A stretch of DNA of 63,472 bases, filler included, from Octopus bimaculoides (lineage: Eukaryota): the NCBI RefSeq assembly GCF_001194135.2. It is 6 parts of 5 records of this genome, joined end to end, with 100 filler letters (N's around TTAATTAATTAA, not from the genome) between each part and the next. Parts side by side here need not be neighbours in the genome. Positions count along the whole stretch, not along the records: positions 25,714 to 45,519 come from NC_068981.1; 5 more parts are not named here. One strand, given 5' to 3'. Positions within the stretch are counted from its first letter, which is position 1. The number at the start of each line of letters is the position of its first letter. A program made the translations under genes and the position numbers. The notes beneath the pieces are model-generated. The model saw only the letters and a program-made list of their open reading frames with translations, had not been told where the DNA came from and ran no database searches. Below, piece after piece: positions 25,751 through 39,652 of the stretch.

Positions 25751-26639
25751 GTTTGATCAATAAGTATCCCAAATGTTGCCATAATAATGAAGTTAAAGCA
25801 CACAGAGTAATGCTGCTTGGCACAGATTAACCTCTGACTCTGGTGTGCATGTGCACTAAGTTTTAACATTCTAGCTCACTTCTACTGTTTACAGCAGTAT
25901 TTGGAAGGAAGGTCTGTAACATGTGATTATCGCATTGGCCATGGCAGAAAAAGTTGAGCAGAGAATCTGCATCAAATTTTGCCAAAGGCTTGGCAATACC
26001 TGCTCATAGGCCTATGCAAAGTTTTCAAAAAGTTTTCATCATTCTTGACATAATCAAGGAGATATTGTGCAATTGAAACTTGAGTGTCGCTTTGGTTAGC
26101 TGAAAGCAGTTTTGGCACAAACTTGACAGACATGTGTCTCATATCCAAATCTTCAGTGATAATGGACTGAACTGAACTGTAACTATCTGCACATCCTCTG
26201 ATAAATCATGGATGGTGATTCGATGATTTTCCCTCATAGCTGCATGTACATCTGCGCTGCTTTTCTCAGTCCTGCTGGTTGCAGGTTTCCCAGAACATTC
26301 GTCATTATCAACATTTTTTCAGCCATCTTGGAAATGTCTGAACCACTCGTACACTTGTGTGTAGCTCATACACCCCTCTCTATACACTATGTATTTCTGC
26401 AACTTTGTGTAGCCCTCTGAGCAGGTATCACTATGACAACTTTCTCTGTCATGATCAATGCAATGATTACATGCTTCATACCTTCCTACCTTCCTTCCAA
26501 GCACTGCTGTTAACAGCAAAAGTGAGCTGGGATGTTAAAACTTAGTGTGTATGTACAGTAGAGTTCAAGGTCAATCGTTTCCAAGTGGCTTCCCTCTGTG
26601 TCCTAAGGCAACAGTCCAGATACTTATTGATCAGACCTC

Positions 26640-26640
<1 letters not shown>
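25747..26640 (-). mobile_element. Mariner derivative whose 3' half is replaced by an inverted copy of its own 5' end
   Basis: Right end cgaggtctgatcaataagtat with TA flank is mirrored at 25747. The minus strand encodes the mariner N-terminus (MSYTQVYEWFRHFQDG...KFVPKLLS...ENFLKTL). Plus strand 25943 onward encodes MAEKVEQRICIKFC. Arms are about 250-280 bp. Confidence 0.8.
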
Positions 26641-26681
<41 letters not shown>

Positions 26682-26689
26682 AACAGTGG

Positions 26690-27110
26690 AACTTGAAGCA
26701 ACCCAACAAAGCTACAGAAGGAAGATTATCTCAATGCAATGTATCAGCTTTGGGGAAAGGCTGAAAGAGTTAAGACTTTACTCCCTAGAATGAAAGTGGG
26801 AAAGATATGCAGTGATATACATCTGGAAAATCCTGGAAGGACTTGTACCAAACTCTGCCATCGAAAGTTACACAAACAGCAGAACAGGGTGCCACTATGT
26901 AGTGTCAAAGATCCTACCATCACCATCAAAATGCAGGACCAGATACTGCAACTGCTTGGGTTTCAAGGGCCCACAACTCCTCAATATCCTTTCAAAGTTC
27001 CTGAGAGACCTGCACGGTGTGGATGTAGGTGTCTTCAAAACAAAACTGGATCTCCTACAGTCAAGGGCAGCAGCATCAAACTCCCTCATTCACCAGATGT
27101 ATATCACTGC
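26690..27110 (+). mobile_element. CR1-group LINE 3' fragment
   Basis: VIYIWKILEGLVPN...RTG.H..V...TRYCNCLGFKGPQL.NIL...LRDL...FKTKLD...SNSLIHQM. Confidence 0.75.
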
Positions 27111-27923
27111 ATATCTTTGTAAGTTTCATTCCTGGCCTGGTCACCACTGCTGGGTGTCTTTCCTAACACCAACTATTTTACAGAGAACTAGGGGTATTTT
27201 TCATGACCTCCAACAAGAGGGGTTGTTACATCTTTGACAAAACTAAAGGATCCTCTTAAGCATACACTTAACAGAGTTGACTGGGTGTATTTCATAATGG
27301 CATTAGTACTAGAGAGGACAAGACTGAGAGAGTGATGGAGAGCAAAAGGAGGATAAATGGTGAGAGTGTCTGACTGATGTTGATACCAAAGTGCTAGAAA
27401 TATATAGGCAGTTCTAATGAGCTCCGTTATCTAGATGCCTCAAGATAGTAAGATAGCTAGAGTGATAAGAGGAGAAAGGGTGGTGTATTGGAGAAAGAGG
27501 AAAATTAGTTCTGTGGTATCTGTAATTGCACTGAAAGCAATGTACAGTGAACCAAAGAGATCAACTGCTATTCTGAATCTCATCAATTGCAGAGTATAAT
27601 AAAAGTAAGAAGAGGAAAGAATAATCAAGTGAGAGGAGCACGAGTGCTAGAGTCATGAATGATAAAGAGGTGGGTAATAGTATCATAGCAGTGGAGTAGA
27701 TAAGAGTGAGGTAGTGATGGAAAGCAAGAGGGGACATAGAGTTTCATATTTTTATATTTAATAGTTCGTACTATGATTGATTCTCACACTGGTCATATCT
27801 AGAGTTAACCAGAAACTGAAATGATCACAGTATGAACTATTAAATACATGCATGTATTAATGCATACATACATACATACATGCATACATACATACATGCA
27901 TGCATAGGCTATGTTATTTTTCT

Positions 27924-28590
27924 ATGGAAGACATCGCATTAGCAGTTGCCCTAAAATGTCGTCATAGTACTACCTTCCTATGCTGCACAATGTTGTTGCT
28001 AAAACAATTTACAATGCCATCTGCAAAAACGACGGTCTTGAAAGAAACTTTGTAAGTACTTCTGTTATGGAATACATTCATAAACACCAACTCAAGGAAT
28101 ACTGGTGGAAAATTCCCATCAAAGCTTATGTCAAATGTAAGCATAACAGGACAGATATTGTTGTTTTGGACAGAAGGGCAAAGGTATGTACCATCATAGA
28201 GGTCAGCTGCCCTGTAGATATAAATATCTGTTTGAAAATCAAAGAAAAGGAGGATATCTATGGACAACTGCTTCAAAACCTCCAGCTTTTATATCCAGAC
28301 AATAAATTCATATTCATACCAATAATAATTGGAGCACTAGGTTTTGTTAGTAAATGCTTAAAGGATAATCTAGATAAACTGGGGTTTTCAGAAAGAGAAA
28401 TCGACCGTCTAATTCATACATTACATGTGCAATCTGTGAGTGCAACAGTAAAAACATGCGAGACTTTCCTCAAGTTCCAAATGTGAATTTGTCTGTGTTA
28501 ACTACATCCCAAAGATGGAGCCTTGTATCTTTGTTGGAAACTAGCTTCCTCCTCTGTGGAAGATTTATAATAATTAACACACACACACAA
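27924..28590 (+). mobile_element. 5'-truncated non-LTR retrotransposon with restriction-like endonuclease (R4/Dong-like)
   Basis: ISSCPKM...HNVVAK...HNRTDIVVLD...IIEVSCP...KIKEKEDIY...IPIIIGALG: CCHC remnant plus PD-(D/E)xK-type RLE motifs, followed by a short 3' UTR. Confidence 0.85.
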
Positions 28591-29137
28591 TGGCTAAAAC
28601 ATCGATTGCATGTGAATATAACCTACTTGCTTGTACCTTGCTTTTGCTAATTGTTTCAGGTGCCTATGTAGTCCTGAGCAGAAAAAGACACCACCTNNNN
28701 NNNNNNNNNNNNNNNNNNNNNNNNNNNNNNNNNNNNNNNNNNNNNNNNNNNNNNNNNNNNNNNNNNNNNNNNNNNNNNNNNNNNNNNNNNNNNNNNNNNN
28801 NNNNNNNNNNNNNNNNNNNNNNNNNNNNNNNNNNNNNNNNNNNNNNNNNNNNNNNNNNNNNNNNNNNNNNNNNNNNNNNNNNNNNNNNNNNNNNNNNNNN
28901 NNNNNNNNNNNNNNNNNNNNNNNNNNNNNNNNNNNNNNNNNNNNNNNNNNNNNNNNNNNNNNNNNNNNNNNNNNNNNNNNNNNNNNNNNNNNNNNNNNNN
29001 NNNNNNNNNNNNNNNNNNNNNNNNNNNNNNNNNNNNNNNNNNNNNNNNNNNNNNNNNNNNNNNNNNNNNNNNNNNNNNNNNNNNNNNNNNNNNNNNNNNN
29101 NNNNNNNNNNNNNNNNNNNNNNNNNNNNNNNNNNNNN

Positions 29138-29178
<41 letters not shown>

Positions 29179-29199
29179 CATATGCATATACATATATAT

Positions 29200-29629
29200 C
29201 ATCATCATCATCATTTAGCATCTGCTTTCCATGTTGACATGGGTTAGATGGTTTGACTGAAACTGGCAAGCTGGAGAGCTGCTCCAGGTTCAATCTGATT
29301 TGGCATGGTTTCTACACCTGGATGCCCTTTCTAACACCAACTACTCCAAGAATGTAATGAGTGCTTTTTACATGCCACTGGCAAGATATATATATATATA
29401 TATATATATTGCCAGTACCGCCAGACTGGCCACCATGCCAGTGACACGTAAAAAGCACCCACTACACTCTTGGAGTGATTGGCGTTAGGAAGGGCATCCA
29501 GCTGTAGAAACTCTGCCAGATCAGATTAGAGTCTGGTGTAGCCATCTGGTTCGCCAGTCCCCAGTCAAATCGTCCAACCCATACTAGCATGGAAAGTGGA
29601 CGTTAAATGATGATGATGATGATGATGAT
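29200..29629. mobile_element. Inverted pair of (GAT)n-tailed SINEs separated by (TA)n
   Basis: Minus copy 29200-29383, (TA)n, plus copy 29410-29629. Confidence 0.85.
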
Positions 29630-29931
29630 ACACACACACACACACACACACAAGAAAATACTAGAGGATCAGTTAATCATGAATTTATTCAACATATTCC
29701 CCTCTCAGATTCNNNNNNNNNNNNNNNNNNNNNNNNNNNNNNNNNNNNNNNNNNNNNNNNNNNNNNNNNNNNNNNNNNNNNNNNNNNNNNNNNNNNNNNN
29801 NNNNNNNNNNNNNNNNNNNNNNNNNNNNNNNNNNNNNNNNNNNNNNNNNNNNNNNNNNNNNNNNNNNNNNNNNNNNNNNNNNNNNNNNNNNNNNNNNNNN
29901 NNNNNNNNNATATATATATATATATAAATAT

Positions 29932-30310
29932 ACTCATTTACTTGTTTCAGTCATTTGACTGTGGCCATGCTGGAGCACAGCCTTTAGTCGAGCACATCGA
30001 CCCCAGGACTCATTCTTTGTAAGCCTAGTACTTATTCTATTGCTGTCTTTGCCGAACCGCTAAGTTATGGGGATATAAACACACTAGCATCAGTTGTCAA
30101 GCAATGTTGGGGGGACAAACACACACACACACAAACATATACACACACCTGACAAGCTTCTTTCAGTTTCCATCTACCAAATCCACTCACAAGGCTTTGG
30201 TCAGCCTGAGGCTATAGTAGAAGACACTTGCCCAAGGTGCCATGCAGTGGGACTGAACCCGGAACCATGTGGCTGGTAAGCAAGCTACTTACCACACAGC
30301 CACTGTTGTG

Positions 30311-30312
<2 letters not shown>
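29932..30312 (-). mobile_element. CORE-type composite SINE, full-length copy
   Basis: Reverse complement is collinear with 51161-51550. Further fragments at about 7330-7490, 8530-8720, 9000-9140, 16420-16585, 17250-17590, 24760-24905, 30640-30780, 40650-40790, 44010-44135, 56965-57115. Confidence 0.85.
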
Positions 30313-30380
<68 letters not shown>

Positions 30381-30506
30381 CACACACATTTATACAGATT
30401 TGCATACAATACATGTATAGAGATGCCTACATGTATACAGGTATACACACACCTACATGTATACATACATCTGCATGCATACTTATATATACATGAATGT
30501 ATGTAT

Positions 30507-30544
<38 letters not shown>

Positions 30545-31154
30545 ATCTATCTATCTTCCTCTCTCTCTTTTTCTCTCATTCTGTGTATATATGTTTGTAT
30601 GTGTGTGTGTGTGTGTAAGTGTGTATGTTTTAGAAATTTGTTTCTCCACCACATGATTTTAAGGTTCAGTCCCACTCTGTGGCACCTAGTGCAAGTGTTT
30701 TTTACAATAGCCTCAAGATGACAAAATCTTGTGAGTGCATTTGGATGATTGAATTTGAGCAAAGCTCATCATATGTGTTTATATATGTATAAGAGTAGAT
30801 GTATACATATGTGAATGCATGCATATTTAAACCACCTTGTTGAGACATTGTGTGATAGTTGTAAATGAGTGTCATTGTCATACAACTAAAAACATGTCAG
30901 GCCGTGGGGGAAAAATTAACCTTACTTGGAAACAGGTGAAGGTTGGCGATAGTAAGGGCATTGGTCCATAAGATATCTGCTTCAATAAACTGTCTGACCC
31001 ATGCAAGTATGGAAAAATGAATGTTAAAGCGACACTAATGATCACACACACACACACACACACGTGCATATATTTATGTGAATGAAGATTAATTTGGTAG
31101 AGAGAGAAGAGTAAAAAGAGAGTGAGCTAGGAAAGTGTAAATTAGTAGAGTAAA

Positions 31155-31226
<72 letters not shown>

Positions 31227-31429
31227 AGAAACATTTGAAGTGGGGGTTGAATAAGGAAGTGGGGCAGAGTGGCATCTGTGTTGGTAGGGGAAGTGAGAAG
31301 AGAGTGAAGGCAACTAAATGATGTACACAAACAATGTTAATACAGCAGAGCAGTGGGGACAAGGAAGTTGGCACTATATGAACGGGAAGAGGAGAATCAC
31401 ATGAAGGTGTAGGAGATTTGCTGGAAAAG

Positions 31430-32660
31430 TAGTAGCAATAGTTGTAGTAATTGTATTAGTAGTAGTAGCAGCAGCCACAGCTGCAGGAGCAGTAGTAGTA
31501 GAAGTAGCAGATGTAGTAGAAGCAGTAGTAGTTGTTGTAGTAATAGTAGTAGTAAGGTTTTGAGTGAATAGATGAATGAATTCAAGAGAAAAGGTGTGTG
31601 TGAAAGAGAGAGAGAAAGTGAAAGAGAGTGGAAAATTCTATTGGTGGAGGCTGATGCAGGGGTTAAGACAGTTGGGCATGCTGGTTGAGTTGTAGGGAGA
31701 TTCATTTAGTTATCAGTATCAGTGGTTCAATCACTATCAAGACCACCACAGTAGCCACTGGTGACACCACCAACACCACTACCACCTAAAGTACCAACGC
31801 CAACGCCAACACTACCACTTACCTCTACCACTTACCACCTCACCTCTACCACTTACCTCGTTAGTATCACCACTACCACTGCTGTCACCAACACAGTCAC
31901 TGCTAGCACTACTGCCAAACAGCAACCATATTGCTACTACCATTTCCACCAGCACCTACAACACCATCACTACCACCAACTTCCACCTACACCACCTCAT
32001 CAACAACAACTGTGATAGTAAAACATTGCTACCACCATTACCATGCCTCTCCACCATCTCCATTACAAACTGCCACCTCTTGTAATGCCAACATCAATAG
32101 CAACATTAATCAGTAAGCTTCTATGAGGCCAGTCGATCTGCTGCTAGAAATTGCAGTCAAACCTCTCTCAAGTCACTCATTACCATCTTAAAAAGGAAAG
32201 GACAAATTAGATGATGTAGTCCTATGCATACAAAAAGATGGTACGACATGGCCGGAACACTTTGATCTTAGGTTTGCTTGATGAGTGTTGACCTCAGGCG
32301 AAACAACAACAACAACAACAACAGAATTCTTTCTCCATCTGATGCCATCATTGTCACATGCTACCACCAACAACAATACCAGCAATATTGCATGGCGATG
32401 ACAATAACAGCAGTAGTGATGATGAAGGTGCTGGAGATGATCATAACAATGATGATGGTGATGATGATGATGATTATGGTGCTGGTGATGATGAGGGTGA
32501 TAATGATGATGATTGCTAAAATAAATAAACATTGTCATCACCAACCACTAACATCACCAGAACCACTAACGTCACCAGAACCACTGCAAACATACACCAC
32601 CAACATGAACAAAACAGCCACCACCACCATCATGTATGCATATTTGCACACATAAATGAA
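31430..32660. repeat. Extended degenerate trinucleotide region (AGT/ACC/GAT)n with SINE fragments
   Basis: Direct reading. Confidence 0.8.
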
Positions 32661-33047
32661 TGTGTATGCTTGTCAGATTTCAGGTGACAGCATGCAAGTT
32701 AGTGTATGTTTATATATGTATATGGTATGCATTTATGTCTGAGTATGTGCATCTGTGTATATGTATAAATGCAACCATTCTAATATCAATGTGCAAATGT
32801 AGATAACTGTGTATGTGTGTGCTAATATACACCAGAGTGTCAATACGATCACATGGTTTCATTTCATGTATAAGCTGCAAGATGCAAGTATGTATATGTA
32901 TGTATGTGCTCTTTGTATGTGTTTGCATGTGTGCGTGCCTTTGAGCATATGTGTGTGTGTGTGTGTCTGTGTGTGTGTCTGTGTGTACGAGCATATTTCT
33001 CTGTGTTGATGTTTTCATGTGTCAGTGCTTTCAACAGATTGCGTGTG

Positions 33048-33078
<31 letters not shown>

Positions 33079-33767
33079 TTGTGTGTGCGTATGCTTGCGC
33101 ACATGTCTTTCAAGCAACAATAAAATCAAAGTTTGTTGGCTGTATGAGTATGTTTATGCATTTATGTATATGTCTCTGTACTTTTATTTGTGAGCGTGTG
33201 TTTGTGTAAAGCTCTCTCACTCTCTCTCTCACACACACACACATATATATTTAAGGTAAACACATTTATGCATTCATGCATCTTACCTGTGTATGAGTGT
33301 GAGCTATATTTCTGTGTCAGTGTTCTGTGCCTATGCTTTGTGTATGCATGAATAAGTGCACGTGTGAATGTGTATACATGTGAATATGTTTATGCGTTAA
33401 GGTTTGACAATGCTGAGCAATAGGAATAGATTATGAATGTGGATATTAGGAGCTCTGTTAAGTGGTAGTGTTATTGTTGATGGTGGTGGTGTTAAGGAAG
33501 GTAGTAATGGTTGTTATATTGGTAGTGGTTGTGGTGGTGGAAGCACAACTGTAACAGGGCTAGGATTAGCAGTGGGAATGATACAAATAGGAGCGATGAA
33601 TACGGTAGTGTCAATGATGATGATTATGATGCGGTGGTGCTGGTGGTGGGTATGAAGGCCTTTACATTATTGTTGAAGGTGATGGTCATATATATGTCTT
33701 TCTATGTATCTGTCTGTCTGTTTATCTGTCTATCTATCTATCTATCTGTCTCTGTAAGAATGTATTT

Positions 33768-33810
<43 letters not shown>

Positions 33811-36269
33811 AAACACAGACTGAGACATGCAGGCTGTCACCATCACTTAAAAATCATGCACGTGTTTGCACTCAGAGAAAGTTTGCACATTCAGCATACA
33901 CATACTGCACACCAGCATACATAAAAATATACAAAAGCACACAGTTAACACACGTTCCTGAGTTTATGAAGATAAAATTAAAGCACAATATACACACACA
34001 TCCATACACACATATACACATACACTCACACACATATATTTAGAAAGATTCACTAGAAACATTGGTTAGAAATGATAAAGACTGCTATTAGTAGAATGGT
34101 AATGTTATAATAATGTTGAGAGATAAGTGGATACAGTGAGGTAACAAATGAAGATGTATGTATGTATATATGTACAGTGTATAAATATATGTGTGTGTAT
34201 ATACAGGTAGACATATATATACACACATATATAAATAGATAGATTTAGCTATGTACCTCTCTTTCTGTCTCTCTTCAAATTTCTGATGATTCACTGAGAA
34301 GTGATAAATTAAAGAACTCAATGCATAAATGTAGAGTATTCTTTAATCATTATAACTAAAAGGTTCAAAATTCCTGTACATCCATACAATTACCATTGAT
34401 CAGCTTCATTCACAAAGCAGTAGTCAGTTGACAGCTATAGTAAAAAGCATTTGCCCAAGGGGTCAAGCAGTAGGATAAACCAGATGATTATGAAATGAAC
34501 TCTGTATCCAGAGAGCCACCTACCTTCATCTGCAACTTAACTCTTCCCCTTACTTTAGACAAAAATACAGATAGAGAAGCAACTACATGGATAGATAGCC
34601 ATAAGTAGATGAGTGTTGAGTAGGTAAATAAAAAAGTATACACACATTTAAAATATATATAAGTGTAAGTGTGTGTGAGTGTGTATGGATATATATGTGT
34701 GTGTGTTAGGGTTAAATAAATCATTATATATATATATATATATGATTTAATGATTTATTTAACCCACACACTTTGTGTGTGTGTGTATATATACATAATA
34801 TATATATATATAAAGAGAGTGTGAGAGAGGAGATATGATTACTCTAAGAACTCAATACAAATAGAGTAAAACATTGTTTAAATTCAAAGTGTCTACTCAT
34901 TATACAAAAACTTCAAAACAGATAGGTTCAAGCTTATTGCTTCCTATCAGGGTTCCAGATCAGAAATTGAGTGGCTTGAATCTATCAAGATGGGTGAATG
35001 AAGGGACCAAAAGCATTATGGTAAAAACTGAGATTAAGGTGAGAGGGTGGTGGAGGGAGAGGGAGATGATGATGATGATGATACAGATGGGTAACGGTAA
35101 GAGTGAGTAATGGAAATAGTGATGGTAGAAAGAATGGAGTTCAAGCAGATCTTATACATCAGTCTCACAATGAACAAGTGAAGTTGAGTGATAAGAACTG
35201 TGGTAAGGTAACTGAATGGAGAAGGATATGTCCAATCCCTTCTTACGTGAGTGCATGGTATAATAAATAAGAAAAAGGGTAGCAAAAGGTAGTTTTGAGA
35301 GATAAATGGGTTGGGCAGTTCCATTGACATCCTTTGCAACATGGAAAGTATAGCAGAGAGGGTAGGAGAAATTCACAGCCATCCTTAGTTCACCAGTAGC
35401 ATGAAATAGTCAATACATATCTATATTAATGTATCTATCTATATGGCTAGATGGGAGCATGTGTATGTATATATATATATATATATATANNNNNNNNNNG
35501 AGATTAAGGTGAGAGGGTGGTGGAGGGAGAGGGAGATGATGATGATGATGATACAGATGGGTAACGGTAAGAGTGAGTAATGGAAATAGTGATGGTAGAA
35601 AGAATGGAGTTCAAGCAGATCTTATACATCAGTCTCACAATGAACAAGTGAAGTTGAGTGATAAGAACTGTGGTAAGGTAACTGAATGGAGAAGGATATG
35701 TCCAATCCCTTCTTACGTGAGTGCATGGTACAATAAATAAGAAAAAGGGTAGCAAAAGGTAGTTTTGAGAGATAAATGGGTTGGGCAGTTCCATTGACAT
35801 CCTTTGCAACATGGAAAGTATANNNNNNNNNNNNNNNNNNNNNNNNNNNNNNNNNNNNNNNNNNNNNNNNNNNNNNNNNNNNNNNNNNNNNNNNNNNNNN
35901 NNNNNNNNNNNNNNNNNNNNNNNNNNNNNNNNNNNNNNNNNNNNNNNNNNNNNNNNNNNNNNNNNNNNNNNNNNNNNNNNNNNNNNNNNNNNNNNNNNNN
36001 NNNNNNNNNNNNNNNNNNNNNNNNNNNNNNNNNNNNNNNNNNNNNNNNNNNNNNNNNNNNNNNNNNNNNNNNNNNNNNNNNNNNNNNNNNNNNNNNNNNN
36101 NNNNNNNNNNNNNNNNNNNNNNNNNNNNNNNNNNNNNNNNNNNNNNNNNNNNNNNNNNNNNNNNNNNNNNNNNNNNNNNNNNNNNNNNNNNNNNNNNNNN
36201 NNNNNNNNNNNNNNNNNNNNNNNNNNNNNNNNNNNNNNNNNNNNNNNNNNNNNNNNNNNNNNNNNNNNN

Positions 36270-36302
<33 letters not shown>

Positions 36303-37005
36303 TCATCATCATTTAATGTCATATATATATATATAAAGTGACAAGCATAGCAGTGTGGTTAAGCAGTTTACTTTATAACCAGATGGTCCTGGATTAGTCA
36401 GTTTCATTTCATCTGTATGCAACTTTAAGTACTATACCCTTAGTTTTGCTACATACGATGTGTGAGAAATTTTTTTAATGAAATCTGTGCAGAATTCTCT
36501 TGTATATCATACACACACTCACACCTATAGCTGTCTGCAAAGACCTAATAAGCTTGATTCTCACTGGGTCACATGGCCAAATGTTTTGTAGGTCAAGACA
36601 TACTAGAGGACTGGTATAAAGAGAGACTGCCCTATACAAACCTTCAATCATCAAGGAAAAATATTCCATGAAACTCCTTAAATCCAGTTGTAATAAATTT
36701 GTGATAAGGAACCTGAGAGGTTCAGATATGTGAAAGCTATCTAAAAGAAACCTTCCTTGGGGACAACAGGTGGATGATATCATCTCACAGCCTTGTTGAT
36801 TTAAGTATGGTGTGTCTTTATTGACATTCATCTTATTTAAGTTTGTTTGCATCCTTGTTCATTGAATTTCCAGACAAACCACGATTGGAATTTTGACCTT
36901 ATTTAATTCCTTGTTCTAAATGAGATGCTTTTAGAAACAATTTTTGGAATGTTTTGCAGTGAATCTTGTGTAATTCTTTTCAATACCAATACACACATAT
37001 AGGCC

Positions 37006-37052
<47 letters not shown>

Positions 37053-37240
37053 TACATATACACCACGGACATACATTCACAGATGTAATAATGCATTTCT
37101 GTGCAGCTTCTGCCAACCTAATGTGCTTGCAAAGCATTCGTCAGCCCTGAGCTATAGTAGAAGAGTAAGGTGATGTGCAGGGAAATTAAACCCTAAAAGC
37201 ATGTGGTTGTGAAGTGAACTTCTTAATCATAGAACTCTGC

Positions 37241-37282
<42 letters not shown>

Positions 37283-37588
37283 ATATTATATGTGTGTGCG
37301 CATATATATATTTACATATAGGCACACACATGCACTTATGTGTAATGAACTCTTGACAGAAATAATGTTTTAAGTAAGCTAAATGTTAGGACAATATGTG
37401 TGTGTATATGCATCATTCTATATGTGTAAATTTGTGTGTATAGGGGTTAGTTTGGGTGGTTTTATGTTTGCTCTTCAAAGCTACTAGGCAGGTAGCTACT
37501 GTGTTTAAAGAAGTAAAACTAAAATCAGTAGTAACTGAGAGTTAAAGTTATGCTGAATAATAATGAAATAAAAAGTATATATATATAG

Positions 37589-37648
<60 letters not shown>

Positions 37649-37925
37649 TTGGATACTTTGTGTAGATTAATCTTATCAGCTATTTTCTTTATCTTAGTTG
37701 TGTTTCTTCTTTTGAAATTTTTAGTATCTTATTTTCACTAATCTTTGCTTTTGTGAAAATACCTTTTGGTTGGGAATATGTTATTTCTGATAAAATTCAT
37801 TTTACAGCTCTTGGGGCACCCTAAGTAACCATTAGAATCATAATTATTAGAAACTATATACATATACATGTAGGTTTGTGTGCGTGTGAGAGAGTGAGAA
37901 AGTGTATGAGTATATATGTATATAA

Positions 37926-37963
<38 letters not shown>

Positions 37964-38703
37964 ATGGAAAGAAGAAGTAAGAGTGAGAGAAAAAGGAAAA
38001 CTAGGGTTTAAGAAAATGTAGGTGACAGCAAATGTAATGCTGACAAACCATTCTGCACACACACAGACATCGGCTGCATGCCAAGTACTAAAGAAGACAT
38101 ACCTGCTACCTTTCTATTGCACTACATAGCTTACAGTTTTACTATAAAGAAACAGATTACAGATAGCAGTTGCCGTTTTGGAAGCAACAAAAACGCATGA
38201 AATTAGTGTTGTGGTGTAAAATGTGTTTGCTCTACTCTGTATCATATTGTATTGCCAAGACGGCTCTCTCCTAATAGAGAGCTTGTGTTTTTTATGTTTT
38301 GTTTATTTACATATGTGTTTGTCATTTTGATTGTTTGTGTGATAGTCTTATGTTATATATTTGATAGAATTCCTTTGACGTACTGCTTCTTATCATTTTG
38401 TTGACTACAGCATTTGAAGTTTTACTTTCAAATGTGTCAGTGTTATTTCTATAGAGAGAAAGCATTTTTCTGTTATTGTTCTTGTTCTCTATTAGCAAAT
38501 CTATTGTTCTCTTATCATATGGCCTTTACATAAAATATTTACATGCATATATACAACAAATATGTGTATTTGTGCACACACACAAAACTTACATTCAAAT
38601 ATATATATATGTGTGTGTGTGTGTGTATACATACACATATATACATACACACATATACATATATATATACATGCACACATATATATATACATAATAATGA
38701 TGG

Positions 38704-38737
<34 letters not shown>

Positions 38738-39371
38738 AATAATAATTTCTCTCTTAACCACTGTAGGCTGCAGACAGTAAGCTCACTATGCATGCAAGAC
38801 TCCAGGAGTTCCAACAAAACCTGAAATAAAAGATAATAATAATAGTAATGAATTTTCCTATTAAATTCAACATATGAGGGGCCAGTAGCCAAGTTGTTTG
38901 ACATGCTGCATGGATGACTTTTTAAGTAGAGAAGGCTTGTGAAGGACTCGACACACTCTTAGAAATGCTGACAACAGCAAGTTGGTGCAAACTCAATTAG
39001 GCTTTTCTATTAGAGTTGTCCTGGGCTAGATACCTTTGCCATAATTTCTAGTCCAACCCACCCTGGTAGGGTAAGTGCACACCTGAGTATCAAACCAGAG
39101 AGTTCTAAGTCCTCGTACATTTATATGTATATCATTTAATTGGATGGCTGTGGACTCTTCTGAGTACATCCACTCTTTGACAAGTTTTGTTTTTCATCTT
39201 GCAGAGAGTCCACAATTCACCCTATTCCCCAAGCAAGCTTGACGTATTCCTGGTTTAGTCACTAATGGCCTAACCAAACAACAGATTAATATGGATTACA
39301 TGTTATCAGTAACACTTAAAAGCAATATATAAGTATATACACATCTGACTACTTATATGTACACATACATG

Positions 39372-39402
<31 letters not shown>

Positions 39403-39431
39403 ATATATAAATATTTGTATGTGTGTGTGTG

Positions 39432-39468
<37 letters not shown>

Positions 39469-39652
39469 TCATCATCATCATTGTTTAACGTCCGCTTTCC
39501 ATGCTAGCATGGGTTGGATGATTTGACTGAGGACTGGTAAAACCAGATGGCTACACCAGGCTCCAATCTGATTTGGCAGAGTTTCTACAGCTGGATGCCC
39601 TTCCTAACGACAACCACTCAGAGAGTGTAGTATATATATAACTTAATTAATA

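Noticed and set aside
34708-34767. 18-bp inverted repeat around (TA)n
   Set aside because: Too short and AT-rich to separate from microsatellite-driven fold-back.
35030-35822. 323-bp direct duplication (35030-35352 and 35500-35822)
   Set aside because: The copies differ at one base (35261 t, 35731 c) and the second is bounded by N gaps; most likely two haplotypes assembled in tandem.
36475-36852. 125-aa minus-strand ORF in non-repetitive-looking DNA
   Set aside because: No recognisable motif or convincing splice sites; length is within chance expectation.
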